In this document: positions 1-12,100 of the stretch, in pieces | Layout of the letters: each line of letters opens with the position of its first letter | Position numbering within the stretch: position 1 is the first letter of the stretch | From: Phoronis australis | Taxonomy: Eukaryota > Animalia > Phoronida | Direction: 5' to 3' | DNA: 64,000 bases | Assembly: GCA_002633005.1 (NCBI GenBank) | Contig: NMRA01000258.1 | Location: 269,126-333,125, forward strand | The notes under the pieces: model-generated | The model's input: the letters and a program-made list of their open reading frames with translations, nothing else | Database searches by the model: none | Told to the model about the DNA's origin: nothing | Made by a program: the position numbers and the translations under genes

Positions 1-1323
1 GGGGGGGGGGGGGGGGGGGGGGGCACGGACCCCCAAAAAAATTGTATGCGTCATGGTTAAACCGTGGCAACCGACATAGGCGTGGGGCCGCGGCCAGTCG
101 AAAAAAGACTGCGAAAACGGATGAGAGAAAATTCAATAGAACATTTGACAACTCAATGTCAGTGCATGGTTATAGTGTGAGGGCCCTGCCTTAGGACATT
201 GTTGTTAGGGTCTCAGTTTTTGCAGCACAGGTCGTCTAAACGCACTTAATAACGTGCACTTAATAATTCATATATGTATTTCGAAAAATCGAGAACATTT
301 TAAATTCAATAAGACAATATTGCAAATGCAAAACTATATTTTTACAGAGGCTTCTACGGATAACGGAGACGACTGTCGCTCTATTTTTTTTTTCTCGAAA
401 TTGTATATCACTTGAGAAAGATTGATGACCTGACAGACACATCAATTACTGCGCATTTCCTGATCTTTGAAAATATATGTCTTTTCACATTTAGGGGCCC
501 AGCCATTGAAGGGTGCCATTCATGACATACAAGTGGCCACACTTTCCTTTTTTATTGGCAAACAAAAATTATTCTTAAGGGACCGCTGACGGAAAGAGGA
601 CCCAATGTTGGCATCGATTACCTCTATTTTCCTGTTTTTTGTATATCGAACAACCGGCTTTCATGTTGAGGGAGGTCTTTTCTTGCAGGGTCACACGACA
701 ATGGAATAAACTGTCACTCTTTTCCAAGCTTAATGTTGTTTAGCCTTCTTAATGTGTCCATTTCAGACGGGACACTGCCAAGTATTCATGAGGGGAAGTC
801 GAGATTCCAAATTCGTCAAAAACAAAACGTTCGTGCACAGCAGTATAAAAGCATTCGAACCAATAAACCAAAATGTGAAAAAATACAATAAGATTGACAG
901 CCATCGAAAAGGTGGAATTTTGAAGAACGTGAAGACCACTATTTGTGAATTACACAAAATGACTATTTCCCACGGTTGTTTATAACATAGTGTTCCCTTT
1001 ATACCACGGTATCACAAGAATTGTATTTCTTTTGAAGATCATTACTAAGAGTTGTTTGTAATGAATTCGCACATGTCGAACAAACTATCGGGGCAACGAT
1101 TTGTGTTGACCATGTACATGTCGAACGGGGGTACTCAAAGTACTCGCAATTATACATAAAGATTTCAGCGTTTTTTGAAGGTCAAGTTTAACTCGTGAAC
1201 CGTTGTAGGTACCTATAAATTGAGCAAAGAATACACCTAATACGAATGCTCCATCTCCCATGTTCCCCTGCAAGCAAGCCTGTGGAAATTGCTTATAACA
1301 TTCCGTTGTGATAAACAAATTCG

Positions 1324-1960
1324 TTGGTTTCTGATTTACATGTTTAGGTATCTAGGAAAATCGACAGATTCATAGATTACTTTTGCAATGAAAAGCTAAT
1401 CTGGTAAAAATTCGTGATGTTTCATTGAATTAAGTTGCAGCCTGAAGTTGGAAAAACTCTATAAGTCTATACCCAAACGGTAAAGTACATTTAGACGATT
1501 TTTGCGTATCTAAAATAACTGCCAAAGACATTGATGAAATTCGGACAGTTCCCAAAAGTATACTCACAAATGGCAATAAGTTCATTGCTTTTTGGAATTA
1601 GGCACAATATTTGTTATTTAAACTCACAAACATCAGATCAAAAAGGAGTCATTAAATCAAAATAAACGCGTTGCTCATGGAATGATTTTTGGTTTCTGAT
1701 TTACATGTTTATGCTACGAATATCGACTGACTGATAGATTATTAATCGTGAAAGAAATGGCGATGCTTCACTGAACTTAAATGCAAGTTGACACTGGAAA
1801 ATTTCGATCTATCATCAGATCCTCAAATAGCTAAGTACACTAAGCAATGGATAGTTATGAATGTCGCAAAATTTTCCTCAAGATTCAACTGGCAATAAAT
1901 TGTTTGACTTAGGAACTACATCAGTGGTTAAAATTCACAAACTGTTGATCGAAAAAGAAG
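1324..1960. repeat. Degenerate tandem duplication, unit about 365 bp
   Basis: TTGGTTTCTGATTTACATGTTTA occurs at about 1324 and 1689, followed by co-linear similar blocks (ATCGAC..GATAGATTA, GGCAATAA, CACAAAC..GATC.AAAA). Confidence 0.7.
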
Positions 1961-2874
1961 TTTAAGTCAAATAAATAAAATTAAACTCATTGCTTATTAA
2001 CTTAGAAAGATTGTCTTTGCTTTTCGTTGATGTTTTTAGTTTCCAGTAGTATTGGGCAGTGAATGTTTGTTCTTCAAAATTGTCTCGTTGGCTTGCCATT
2101 CCCGTGCATACTACACAGACGGATCGCGTCATGACTGACGCACCCACGTTAAAAATCATGTGTTATCATGCAGTAGTCCCGCGTAGAATATGAGTGATCC
2201 ATGGGAACTGAATTTGAACTCCAAGCGTTGAAGTGTGTACATTTTGGGACGCAATCTGTATCATTTTCCCACATACCAGAAATTGGACTACCGGCCGTGT
2301 TTCAACAAGGAATTTTGAAACAACCCAGAGGCAAAAACTTGGGACCTCGGGACTTCACCTTTTCAAAAATTCCTTCAGAGAATGACCATAATAAAACGAT
2401 TTTTCCCGAAACTGGATTATGTTAAAACGGATATTGACCTTAGAAGCAGCGCAGACGGATATGTAGGAGCTAGGATGCCTGTCTCAAGTGTACCATAGCT
2501 GAGCTTTGCTACTAGCCTGGTTCTCCGAATTTCGTACTTTCACAATGTTAGATCTCAGCTCCAATTTCTTGAGACAGTTCCCAGCTGCCAGTCTGCGCAC
2601 TGGCCCTAGGCCGAGCCTAACTCTCCATGAAAATTTTGTTGGGTCACGGTTTACTCAAATCCTGATAGCTGCACCCTCGGGATTGCCCCCCACACCTGGT
2701 ACAAATATGTCAGAATCCGGAGGACGGGGAGGGGGGGGCAGGTGGTGGCTATAGGAAGGGATGGTAGTTTGGCAGTATTTTTTGCCTTCCTTTGGGCCTG
2801 TGGTTACACGGGTAGCTTTGGTGATGGTTATGAATGTATCGTGGATTATTACTATGAAGACTACTCCTTTTAGT

Positions 2875-3067
2875 ATATAAAATGATCACTTACTTAGAGA
2901 CGTGGTTGGTTGTTAGCAGACCCACCTGGTTCGCCAGGTCTTTGTCGATGAATGAGGGATTTCCCGCCTTTAGCTCGGGAAATCCCTTATTCATCGACAA
3001 AGACCTGACGAACCAGGTGGGTCTGCTAACAACCAACCACTTCTCTAAGTAAGTGACCATTTAATAT
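2875..3067. repeat. Long near-perfect inverted repeat (foldback/MITE-like hairpin), arms about 90 bp, loop about 9 nt
   Basis: Left arm AATGATCACTTACTTAGAGACGTGGTTGG...GGGATTTCCCG, loop CCTTTAGCT, right arm CGGGAAATCCC...CCAACCACTTCTCTAAGTAAGTGACCATT, with only a few mismatches. Confidence 0.9.
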
Positions 3068-3618
3068 GGTACAATGCTTCTAGAGACCAATGGCGACTGC
3101 AAGACTACTTCTCTGAGGAATGCTAGGCCTTGTTTTATTTTTATCTCACAAAAGCTCCCCGATCTACACTAAAATAAATGCAATTAAACACAGAGATTAT
3201 GTATTACTGATTTTCCCCCTTTCGCTACACTTGCCCATTCGAAAAATCTTTCTTGCAAACTCTTACGGCAAGATTGCTGCAAACGTTTCTGCTAGTTTAC
3301 AAGTTTGCAAACAAGTTGCGGCAATGTGTTGCCGCGAACCCTTGAAGACTTTGAAACTGGTTTGCCTCACACAAAATTGCAAATATGCTTCAAGCTTTTC
3401 GCATGTTCACAGCAGTATCCTCGCCGCTGAAAAGTTGGTGTTTTCGATGTGTTTAAGAAGCTTTCGTCATCTGCTGGGGCGCCTGAGAGACAACAACTGA
3501 GTTTATTGGCCTGGGCACGTTTAGTGCAACGTTTGTCTCAGGCAGTGTGCATTTTTTCTTTCAGTACTACCTTTAGTCTGCTTCGTAGTCACACCGGCAC
3601 GTATTGTTTTACTAATAT

Positions 3619-3971
3619 CAGGGCCCTGGGTCTAATATTTTTACTCGAAATTAAGTTTTCACTTCCTGTTCTACTTTAATTTGTTTAAATTTAAGATAAG
3701 TGTCTATAATTCTATGCTCCAGTACATAATGGCTTATGTGAGTAACTTTTAAATCATACTTTTTACTTGCTGACGTCAGCATTGAGGTTATATTTCGAGT
3801 GTGAACTCGAAATTTCGAGTGTTTACTCGAAATATCGAGTTTTTACTCGAATGCATAAACCATGATATAGATTAAAACTCACTTATTTTGAGTTCGCGCA
3901 CAAGTAGAACAGAAGTTACCTAAAATAATTTTGAGTTCCATTTCTTAGTAAAGATTAGTTCCCGGGCCCTG
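3619..3971. mobile_element. Non-autonomous TIR element (MITE, CAGGG ends) with internal 20-bp palindromic tandem repeats
   Basis: The left end CAGGGCCCTGGGTCTAATATTTTTACT matches the reverse complement of the right end, CAGGGCCCGGGAACTAATCTTTACT. Internal TTTCGAGTGTTTACTCGAAA-type units lie at about 3792-3851. No target-site duplication (TSD) is evident. Confidence 0.6.
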
Positions 3972-4207
3972 GTCAGCGCGACTCAGTCAAGAAAAGTAAT
4001 ACATGGTATAATTTTAACTTAATAAATAATTAAAGTACCTTTGTTGATAACTTTGGTTAATTGAGTGCATGTGTCAGCAGGGTCTTCATACATCTATACG
4101 TATGGTGCGAATGAAACTCAATAGCCTCTTAAATAATTATTACTAACTTGCATTACCCTGTCTTTGTTATTTATAACTCATTTCGTTTTTTATTTCTTGT
4201 ATTGTAG

Positions 4208-7200
4208 CTCGCGCTTATCCAAACGAACCAAGTAGTAGACCACCTGAAAACGTTTTACCCAGAAATGACGATCAACGTAGGTACGACTGGCTGATTTTAT
4301 TGTTTTTATCTTGCTTATAGACCTTTCGGTGGAGTAGTTTCATCACTGCTATGATGTCGTAATGGAAACAGTGGGCTTATTCTGTGCAATTTCTTGAGGT
4401 TGCAATGCGTAATGTGGACAAATTTGGTTCTCAACGTCCCAGGTTAATACCCTATTTCCAGCTGGTTTATCCAATGTGTAACGCATGACTACTACCAAAA
4501 TTTCAGTTGAGATTTTTGGCTACTTTCTGTGAGACTTGGTCTATATCTCTCCTTCGACGTGTGTACCTGTGTGCTTATAAGCTGTTCGTCAAAATCTAAT
4601 ACAGTCCTGAACCAAAGATGCTCGTAGGGAGACGAGCGCTAATGGGGGCGACCTAGAATTATTCACCAAGCAGAGTCAAAATGTTTACTTTCGGCCACTT
4701 TACGAGTCTTAGCGCTTATTAGCACTTTTTCTGAATAGATGAAAAGACTACCATCTTTTAAAAACTTTTTCAACTTCTTCAGTGCAAGGCACTTTTTCAT
4801 TTTGTTCATACATTTTTCAGTTTCCATATCAACGACAGGTGATAGCATCCTCGATGTTGCTGTGTCAAAGGTAACAAGTTGATTATATATAAGACAGTTG
4901 TTAGTGCCTCTGAACTAGTAAAAAGTGTGTATCGTGGAAAAGCAATAAACATACATGACCGTTCGGTTATGAAATATTTATAGACACCTAGTATTATGCA
5001 TACGGGGATGTTAACCACGAAAGACTTTTCTCTTAAGCAGACGAAATCTTGAGGTTGCAAAACATTCTGTTTTCTAAATTATCATATAAACAAAGAAAAT
5101 AATATCTTAGAGTAATGGGCTCAGGAGATAGTGTTCACAGTATTCAGTTGACAAGTCTGCCCCACGTATTCTCATCATTTTGTTTTTGTGATGATTGGAA
5201 ACATTTTGCTGTTATTGCTACTTTCTTCTTGTTAGATTGGTGAGAAGGGCGCGTTTACTAAAAATTTAGAAAGTGCCTTAGAGAACAACATCATTGACCT
5301 GGCGGTACACTCACTGAAAGATTTACCAGCTACGCTCCATGATGGTCTTGCTGTCGGAGCCATACTCAAGTGAGAAATTCTTTATAATGTATTTAAAGAA
5401 CAACTACAATTTTAAAGATCTTAGAACATCCGCTCATTGTTAAGGACAAGACTAAAATTAGGTACAGGAATGAATTCAACCGCTGTCATTCCTGAAACCC
5501 AGCTAGGGTTCGAAGATAGGGAATTGTTACATTGATATTGACCCAAAGTATTTGGCTGTTGCCTACGTCTACGATAGTACAGTAGGCCAACTCAATGGAA
5601 TAAAACATATCTTTAGGTTTTACATCTTCAACTAGAATTCAACGGACTCAACGATCTACATGCATGCTACATCAGCTTGTGGTGACTGAGAATTCGTCAG
5701 GCAAATTTGTTATCAAATATCGTATCTGCTCTCTCTAAGACAACACTCATGCACTAAACGCCTTGTACGACGTAAACTGTTTTTACCATAAGTGATCGAA
5801 AAAATGGTCAGTGAGTATTTTGACTACAGCATGTCAAAACGCTACCTAGGTCGCGATATAACTTTGCGCAATATTCATCTTAATCACAATCAAACTGAAA
5901 TCGTGTTGTTTTAAACTTTCAGGAGAGAAAGTCCTTGTGATGCTGTTGTCATTCATCCCAAGTATAAAGATTTCACTTTAGAAACACTTCCCGCTAAAAG
6001 GTGAGTAGATCTGTCGACTATCCAAAAAACTCCGACGGGGTTACTGGGAGGCTTCCGAGGCCCCAAACCTGCTCGATCATTTTTGTGTTGTCGTTACCTC
6101 CCAGTACACCTGCTCGTTGTCAGGGTCCCACTTGTTAGGACCCTCGTTCTGTGCTTGCATTGGTGCACCAAAGCCGTTTAAAGATGCTACTCTGAATCTT
6201 ATGATTTATGACGTCATATATTTTCAGCGTAATTGGAACAAGCGCTTTGAGAAGAACAGCACAGTTGAAGCGAAGATACCCACATCTTATTTTTGAAGAT
6301 GTTGTATCCTTACATTTGCAATTAGACCATAATTTGCTATTAATCTGCCCTTTTGTCGTAGTCCCAATTGTCTTCCACTTTATCATGAACCGGCAATATC
6401 AGTGGCACTGTCGTCGTGATCTCAACTTTCTTCATCACTATCATCGACATCAGGCTCAACATCATGCTAAGCTGTCATTGCCAACAGTATCGTCATCCTT
6501 AATCGTAATTCATCCTCGTCGTTGTCGTCTTCGCCATTGTCAATGTCACCCTCATTTCTTTAGAGTCATTTCACTGTTGTGAAGATTTACACCAACGTGG
6601 AAACCTTGACTTCTCACGACAGCGAGGGCCCATGACGTCACGCCTGAAGCAGTTGGATGAGGCGGACGACTTCGCCGCCCTGATTATGGCTGAGGCTGGG
6701 TTGAATCGACTCGGCTGGACTGACAGGATTCATCAGGTAAATGACTTAAAAAGAAACTGAACATCACAAAGGAGATGGCTTTGTTTCCAACTTTTAATTT
6801 GGTTCAACTTAGTAACGGAAATTGTATTATTTGTGCGATGATTTTTAGAGGTAATTTTTTTACTTATCAATAGAAAAAGTGAGTCTTTATGAAGATACTA
6901 GATGATGCCATTAATTTCTTGATAACAGGTACTTAGCTCAACAGAAATCATGTATTCACCCAGTCAGGGTGCTCTGGGCGTGGAGTGTAGGGCCGATGAT
7001 GACCGGATAATAAACCTGCTCCGACCTCTCAACGATTACGACGCGCTACTAAGTTGTATTGCCGAACGGGCATTTATCAAAACTCTGGTGAGTGTAAAAA
7101 CTGAATTAGGGAGATTAGAAACTGAATTTTCTTCCCGTGTTATGGTCTTTGCATCACAAGGAGCTATTTCCAGTATCTGTGGTGTGTTGATGATACCATC

Positions 7201-9121
7201 GTTTTCCTGTGCAGTTGTTACTCTTTTCATTATCCATTTATACAAGTTTTTTGGAATAGACACGTGATCCGTCGAAGAAACGTTTGATTTAGACCACGAA
7301 CAGATATAAAATTAATCTCGATTTGTTGTACGCTCCGATGAGGAATGATTTCTGGTCTAGCATATAGTGCTGTCAGCTCCAATTGTAGACAGATGTAGAA
7401 ATATGATAAAAAGGAACACAGACGTGCTTTAGATATTACGATATAATACATGTAAGTACGAGTTTTAGACAACGATGGTTTTAGCGTGACCGTAGATTTG
7501 ATGAACTGTTCTGGTGTTTGCTTTCAGGAGACGAAAGGCAGTGTCCCCGTGGCGGTGCATTCTGAGATCGACGACGGGGAGGTGGGTTAAAAGTTTCTAT
7601 GATCTGAACTTGCATGTTATATTGTCAGGGGGAACTCAAAAACGCATGTATATAATGAATACATGATACCATCTCGACAAATAAAGGGCTTTTTACTTTG
7701 TTCCGCTGGGTTCAAAATAGAAGTTATATCTGTGTCCTCTAGTATTTCTGAACCTTATATTGCACACCAACAGCATGAGAACTCCAAAAGATTGAAGATG
7801 TAGGCTGCGATTGACAACATACAGCAAATGAACACATAAAGCAGGGCGGCATACATTAACATAAAAATTGAGTTGACGAGGAAGAGCCTGTGCATATAGA
7901 GTCTTCACAGGGTGATCTGATGAAATTTGAATCACTTTCTTAAGATTTGGAGGCCTTAAGCCGGTTACTCTGCGGCATTTTGTTAGACTGTCTCAGCCTA
8001 TAATGTATGAAGTAAATCAATGCAGTTTTAATCCGCCACCCTTCAAAAATACCAACTTTTTATTCAGATCACTTGTAGTCTTGAGATTATTCCTTATTCA
8101 AATTGAAGTTGATTTCAGGTTGCAAGAGAACTGACACTTCGTTGTTTCTAGAGAAGAGGCTCTGAAATTAAGCTCATCGCGGCGTGATTTCAACGAATAA
8201 TGAACTGTCTGTCCTTTAAATATAAAAAACCCAGAAATCGCTTCCCATCCGAGTAAGAAACAAATTGAGTCCAATTTTGTTACGCAAATGGTCTAAATAT
8301 AAAGTTCTCTTCTTGAACGGAACGCAGGTTACTAGACGCTTTGATAATGTAGTGCGAAACACGGTCAAAACCTTTACTGTGACCTAGCGAGGTGTTCGTA
8401 TAGTATCACAAAGTATGTATTAGTCTCTCTGTTTTAGCGCCTATACCTGAAGGGAGGCGTGTTCAGTTTAGATGGCTCGCAGGGTGTGACGGACTCTAAG
8501 GAGGTCATTATACCTGTAGCACGCAAAAAGGTATGCTGTTATCATGAGGATTCATTTAAAATGGATGTTGGAAATTTGAAGCTGTTTCACAATCGTACTT
8601 GAAGTATGAACAAATCGTGAAAATGCACTATTGTAAAGTTTTAAATATTTCAAAAGTACACGATTTCATAAACAATGTATATGTTTTGAAATTGGATTTC
8701 GAAATAGTAAACAATTTTTATTAATGCCATCATGTGGGGTCTGAGATAAATTCTATAAATTTTTCCTAAACTTTGACGTCAGCTCATGATTACATGACAA
8801 AGCCTTTATTCAATACTGAAGTTGCAGTGTAGGACCAAGTCTTAAGTAACTTGTTATGGAACAGCCTCTAGTAATGTTAATCACTGAGATCGTTTTTTTT
8901 TCTAGAAAACTCGAGAAAAGAAGAACCGTGAGTTTACAGGCGTCGTATCCAATAGTTTCCCGTCAGATGTACTTATGAAAGCAGAACGTCTTGGCGTGGA
9001 GCTGGCTGAGAGTATAACGTTGAAAGGTGGTCAGGCAATCATAGACAGAGCGAAACAGGAATCGAGTTGTGTCAAAATTGAGACTGGTAAGGGGCGGAAA
9101 CGTCTTAAAATTGCGCAGTGA
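4208..9121 (+). CDS. Divergent HMBS/porphobilinogen deaminase-like paralog lacking the cofactor-binding Cys; 5' partial because the first coding exon was not confidently located
   Basis: Exons 4208-4280, 4821-4870, 5236-5369, 5923-6000, 6228-6303, 6623-6736, 6929-7087, 7528-7581, 8438-8530 and 8906-9121 are all AG/GT-bounded and in phase, giving 348 aa plus TGA. Motifs read: [76 protein letters not shown]. Internal exon sizes are identical to the downstream HMBS. Confidence 0.9.
6304..6622 (+). other. U12-type GT-AG intron in the HMBS-like paralog
   Basis: 5' site GTATCCTTAC; branch site CCTTGAC with the A at 6609, 13 nt from the intron end; no polypyrimidine tract. Confidence 0.88.
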
Positions 9122-12100
9122 CAGCGGTTTGAGGAAACCGACTACTGCGAACCGTACGCCCGAAGCGTGTAGACCCTAGTAGTTACACCGAAGTGTTCTC
9201 TTTTTACTCCGTACGAATAACAATTATAATTATTTAGTAGTATTACTCGATGTAACTGCTCACTGAAGCGTTCGTTTCAGATTTTTGTTCGTCTGAAATA
9301 TATCCTAGCATTTATTGTTTTACACGATTGATTGAATTAAATTGGATGCTTATGAATGAATATCTGTACTACTCGTTGCCGCTATTACTTTTGATTATCT
9401 AGTACGTTGGGTACTAAATGAAATGACTTCTGATAGTACACTGCAAAATCGTTAGCTTGCCTTTTGTCTACACCTATACTTGTATGTTTATTATAAGGAC
9501 GTGTCCTCGTGTATCCTTCTTTGTTTTACTATTGCTATAGAGTAGTCAACCATGGTAGCGTGCAGTCGGTTACTAACTATTCGACAGTGAGCTTCCGTGC
9601 TGATTTGCATTATTTAACTGACACAGCTTGTACAGCTGGTTACATTTTAGCAAGCCGGGACACAAACCCCGGAACACCAACGCAAGCATACAGAGCTTTA
9701 GTGCGAAAATAAAATTACATTGCTCAAACTGTCCGCTTTCTAAGTCATTTGGTGCGAACCAGTTAACTTAGGCTAGAATCGGAAGGGTGGACTCATTAGC
9801 GCCAGTTCTAGAAAATGCGCCCACGGGTGTACATTTAGGTTTTATTGTTTTTGAACTGTATAATAGTTGTCTCTAAGTGACTTGTATATGAATATCGGGG
9901 TGTTGGTGAGATAATTTGATTGTTGTTTAACATGTGTACTCACGTTATGAATTTGAAATAAAGCATATCTCTCAGGTTGAGTATATCGTTGTTACAACGA
10001 CTTGGCCAATTGAAGAGAGCCGACACTAAAGACTAATGAACTAGGGAAAACATTTTAGCTTAGACCACTTATCACAGCACTACACAAAGAATTTTGTCAG
10101 AACGAAATAAGGCCAAGCAGACATATTGCTTTTTCGCTCCATGATGTAATGAAATTTTAAGTAAAAAGTTCAAATTTTAGATGTACAAGAACAGATAAGT
10201 TAGCTATTTTACAGTACAACTTACACACTGGTACCCTGTGTTTCTCGATTACTTACAGTAAAACCGGGAGCACGTCTGCATGCGTAAGAATTTTGTGGCA
10301 AAACTTCAAGCGTATTTAGCTTAGTCCAAAGATTCACATTGATGGGAATACGCTTGAATTTATTTCTCAGACAGTAACGACCTGTTAGTTCATTCTTAGC
10401 TCTGAAATCGCCTCAAGTTTCGCGAAGGAACAATTTTCGGCAATTTCCGTATCGGTAATAAGTGGCCAAATTGAAGAATTTTTTGCTACGGCCAAGATGG
10501 GTTCATGATATTTTTAGCGTAATATTACGACTGAACATAATACTCTTGCCAAATCTCAAAAGCAAACTACAAGTCAGAACACCAGGCTATAATGGCTTTA
10601 CGGGTTTCCTGCAAAATCAAATAGTTATGAAAAATTGATTATTCAAAATTTGAGAAAAAGGAAAAGCGTTCCTGAGTCACATTGAACACGCTGTAGAATG
10701 AAATCTTATATACTTTAATGAAAAACCTAACGTTTCTCAGTACCTGCCGAGCAAACCCCAGTTGTCAATTCACGAACGGAGTTATTTGGACAAATAATGC
10801 CCGCTGAGCCAATTTTGTCCGTTTAAAAGGGTTTGTGACGCCTTGTATCACGGCCAAAACTCGCTTTAAAATTAGACATCGCTGCCCTCCTTATTTCTTA
10901 CTTGAATTATATTGTTTGGTGCTATGACGGATTTCAAGGTCAACACACGTGTGTACAGTACATAATAAAACTGAATTGAGGTTTTCTTAAGTCACACTGC
11001 AAATAACCAGCATAGGTTATGAACACTTTAAAATTTTTGTTGTGTTATCTGCCGCTGTCAATTTACGATATTTAGTTAACAGCGTCACCTGTGATACAAA
11101 TCTTTAAAGAAGGGCCTCAAATCTCTTGGCAGATATGGAGGATCCATCGGTCGCATTTGTACTTTACTTCGATTTCATTCTTGGACGTGCATTTTGATGC
11201 GTGTGATTTCAGCTATTGCCTCCATTACCGGATGACTATTAGTTGGTTTAACAGCCTGACTGCAAACCAAACACCTTAATTTACTGTTGAAATTTAAATA
11301 TTTCCTATAGTTTTGATTACTGCTCTGCATTGTAGTTGTGTTAGAATCATAATGCAATTGTATTATTCGAGACAAAATTCGGCCCGATTAAGGTAAGAAT
11401 TCAAATGTTTATGCGGTGGGATGTGGTCTTAAAACTATCATTTTTGGTTTTACATAACGTTGAAGTGTACTAGTTTATACTCCTTTTTCAAACAATACCA
11501 CTTACACCGTCACTTGAAGTATTCCAAAACGACTTCTCTTACACAAATGTTTCACACGGTTTGTCGCTTTGATGCTCCGGCTTTCTTTAGGCTCAAACAT
11601 CAATGAACAATCACAGGGTAGTATGTTCGACACCGCATACACAATGGCTAAATATTTGAGTGCGTTTTTGTGACAATGCTGCCATTTAGTGACATGTGTA
11701 GAGTACAAAGTCCCCTCAGACCCTCAAAATTGATGAAGCTCTTCGCGACATCCACCGTTAATAACTAAAAAGAAACTTTTTATGTGCTTGTAATCAAAGT
11801 TTTATTCTGAGGTCACGTGCTTCTTCGTTGTCTCTTGATGCCTGCCCGGTCTACATCTTGAGGATATACACATGAATTGGAAAATCGTCAGTGGTGAACT
11901 CAGTTCACGAGTTTCCGGGCGTATTATATAAAATTTAGATCAAATATTGATGGGTTATCAAATAATCAAAAACGACGAATGTCCAGCCAGACAGAAGCTC
12001 AGACGAAAGATTGGTGTCAAGTTTCTCCGGAACCAATGATAACAAGACTTTGGTGTCCTTGAAATGGTCATGTACTTTATATCACACTTGCATAGCGACC

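Noticed and set aside
1-23. Poly-G run as a G-quadruplex element
   Set aside because: It is at the window edge and may be a repeat tract or a sequencing artefact.
752-985. ORF containing MRGSRDSKF, resembling the HMBS N-terminal GSRxS motif
   Set aside because: There is no splice donor at the expected position after the motif, so it is probably coincidence.
3729-3737. ATG GCT TAT|GTGAGT as the first exon of the HMBS paralog
   Set aside because: It lies inside a TIR element and has no similarity to HMBS exon 1, although exonisation cannot be excluded.
6208-6582. His/Arg/Cys-rich 124-aa ORF
   Set aside because: It is an HMBS-like exon reading into low-complexity TCA/TCG sequence of the U12 intron.
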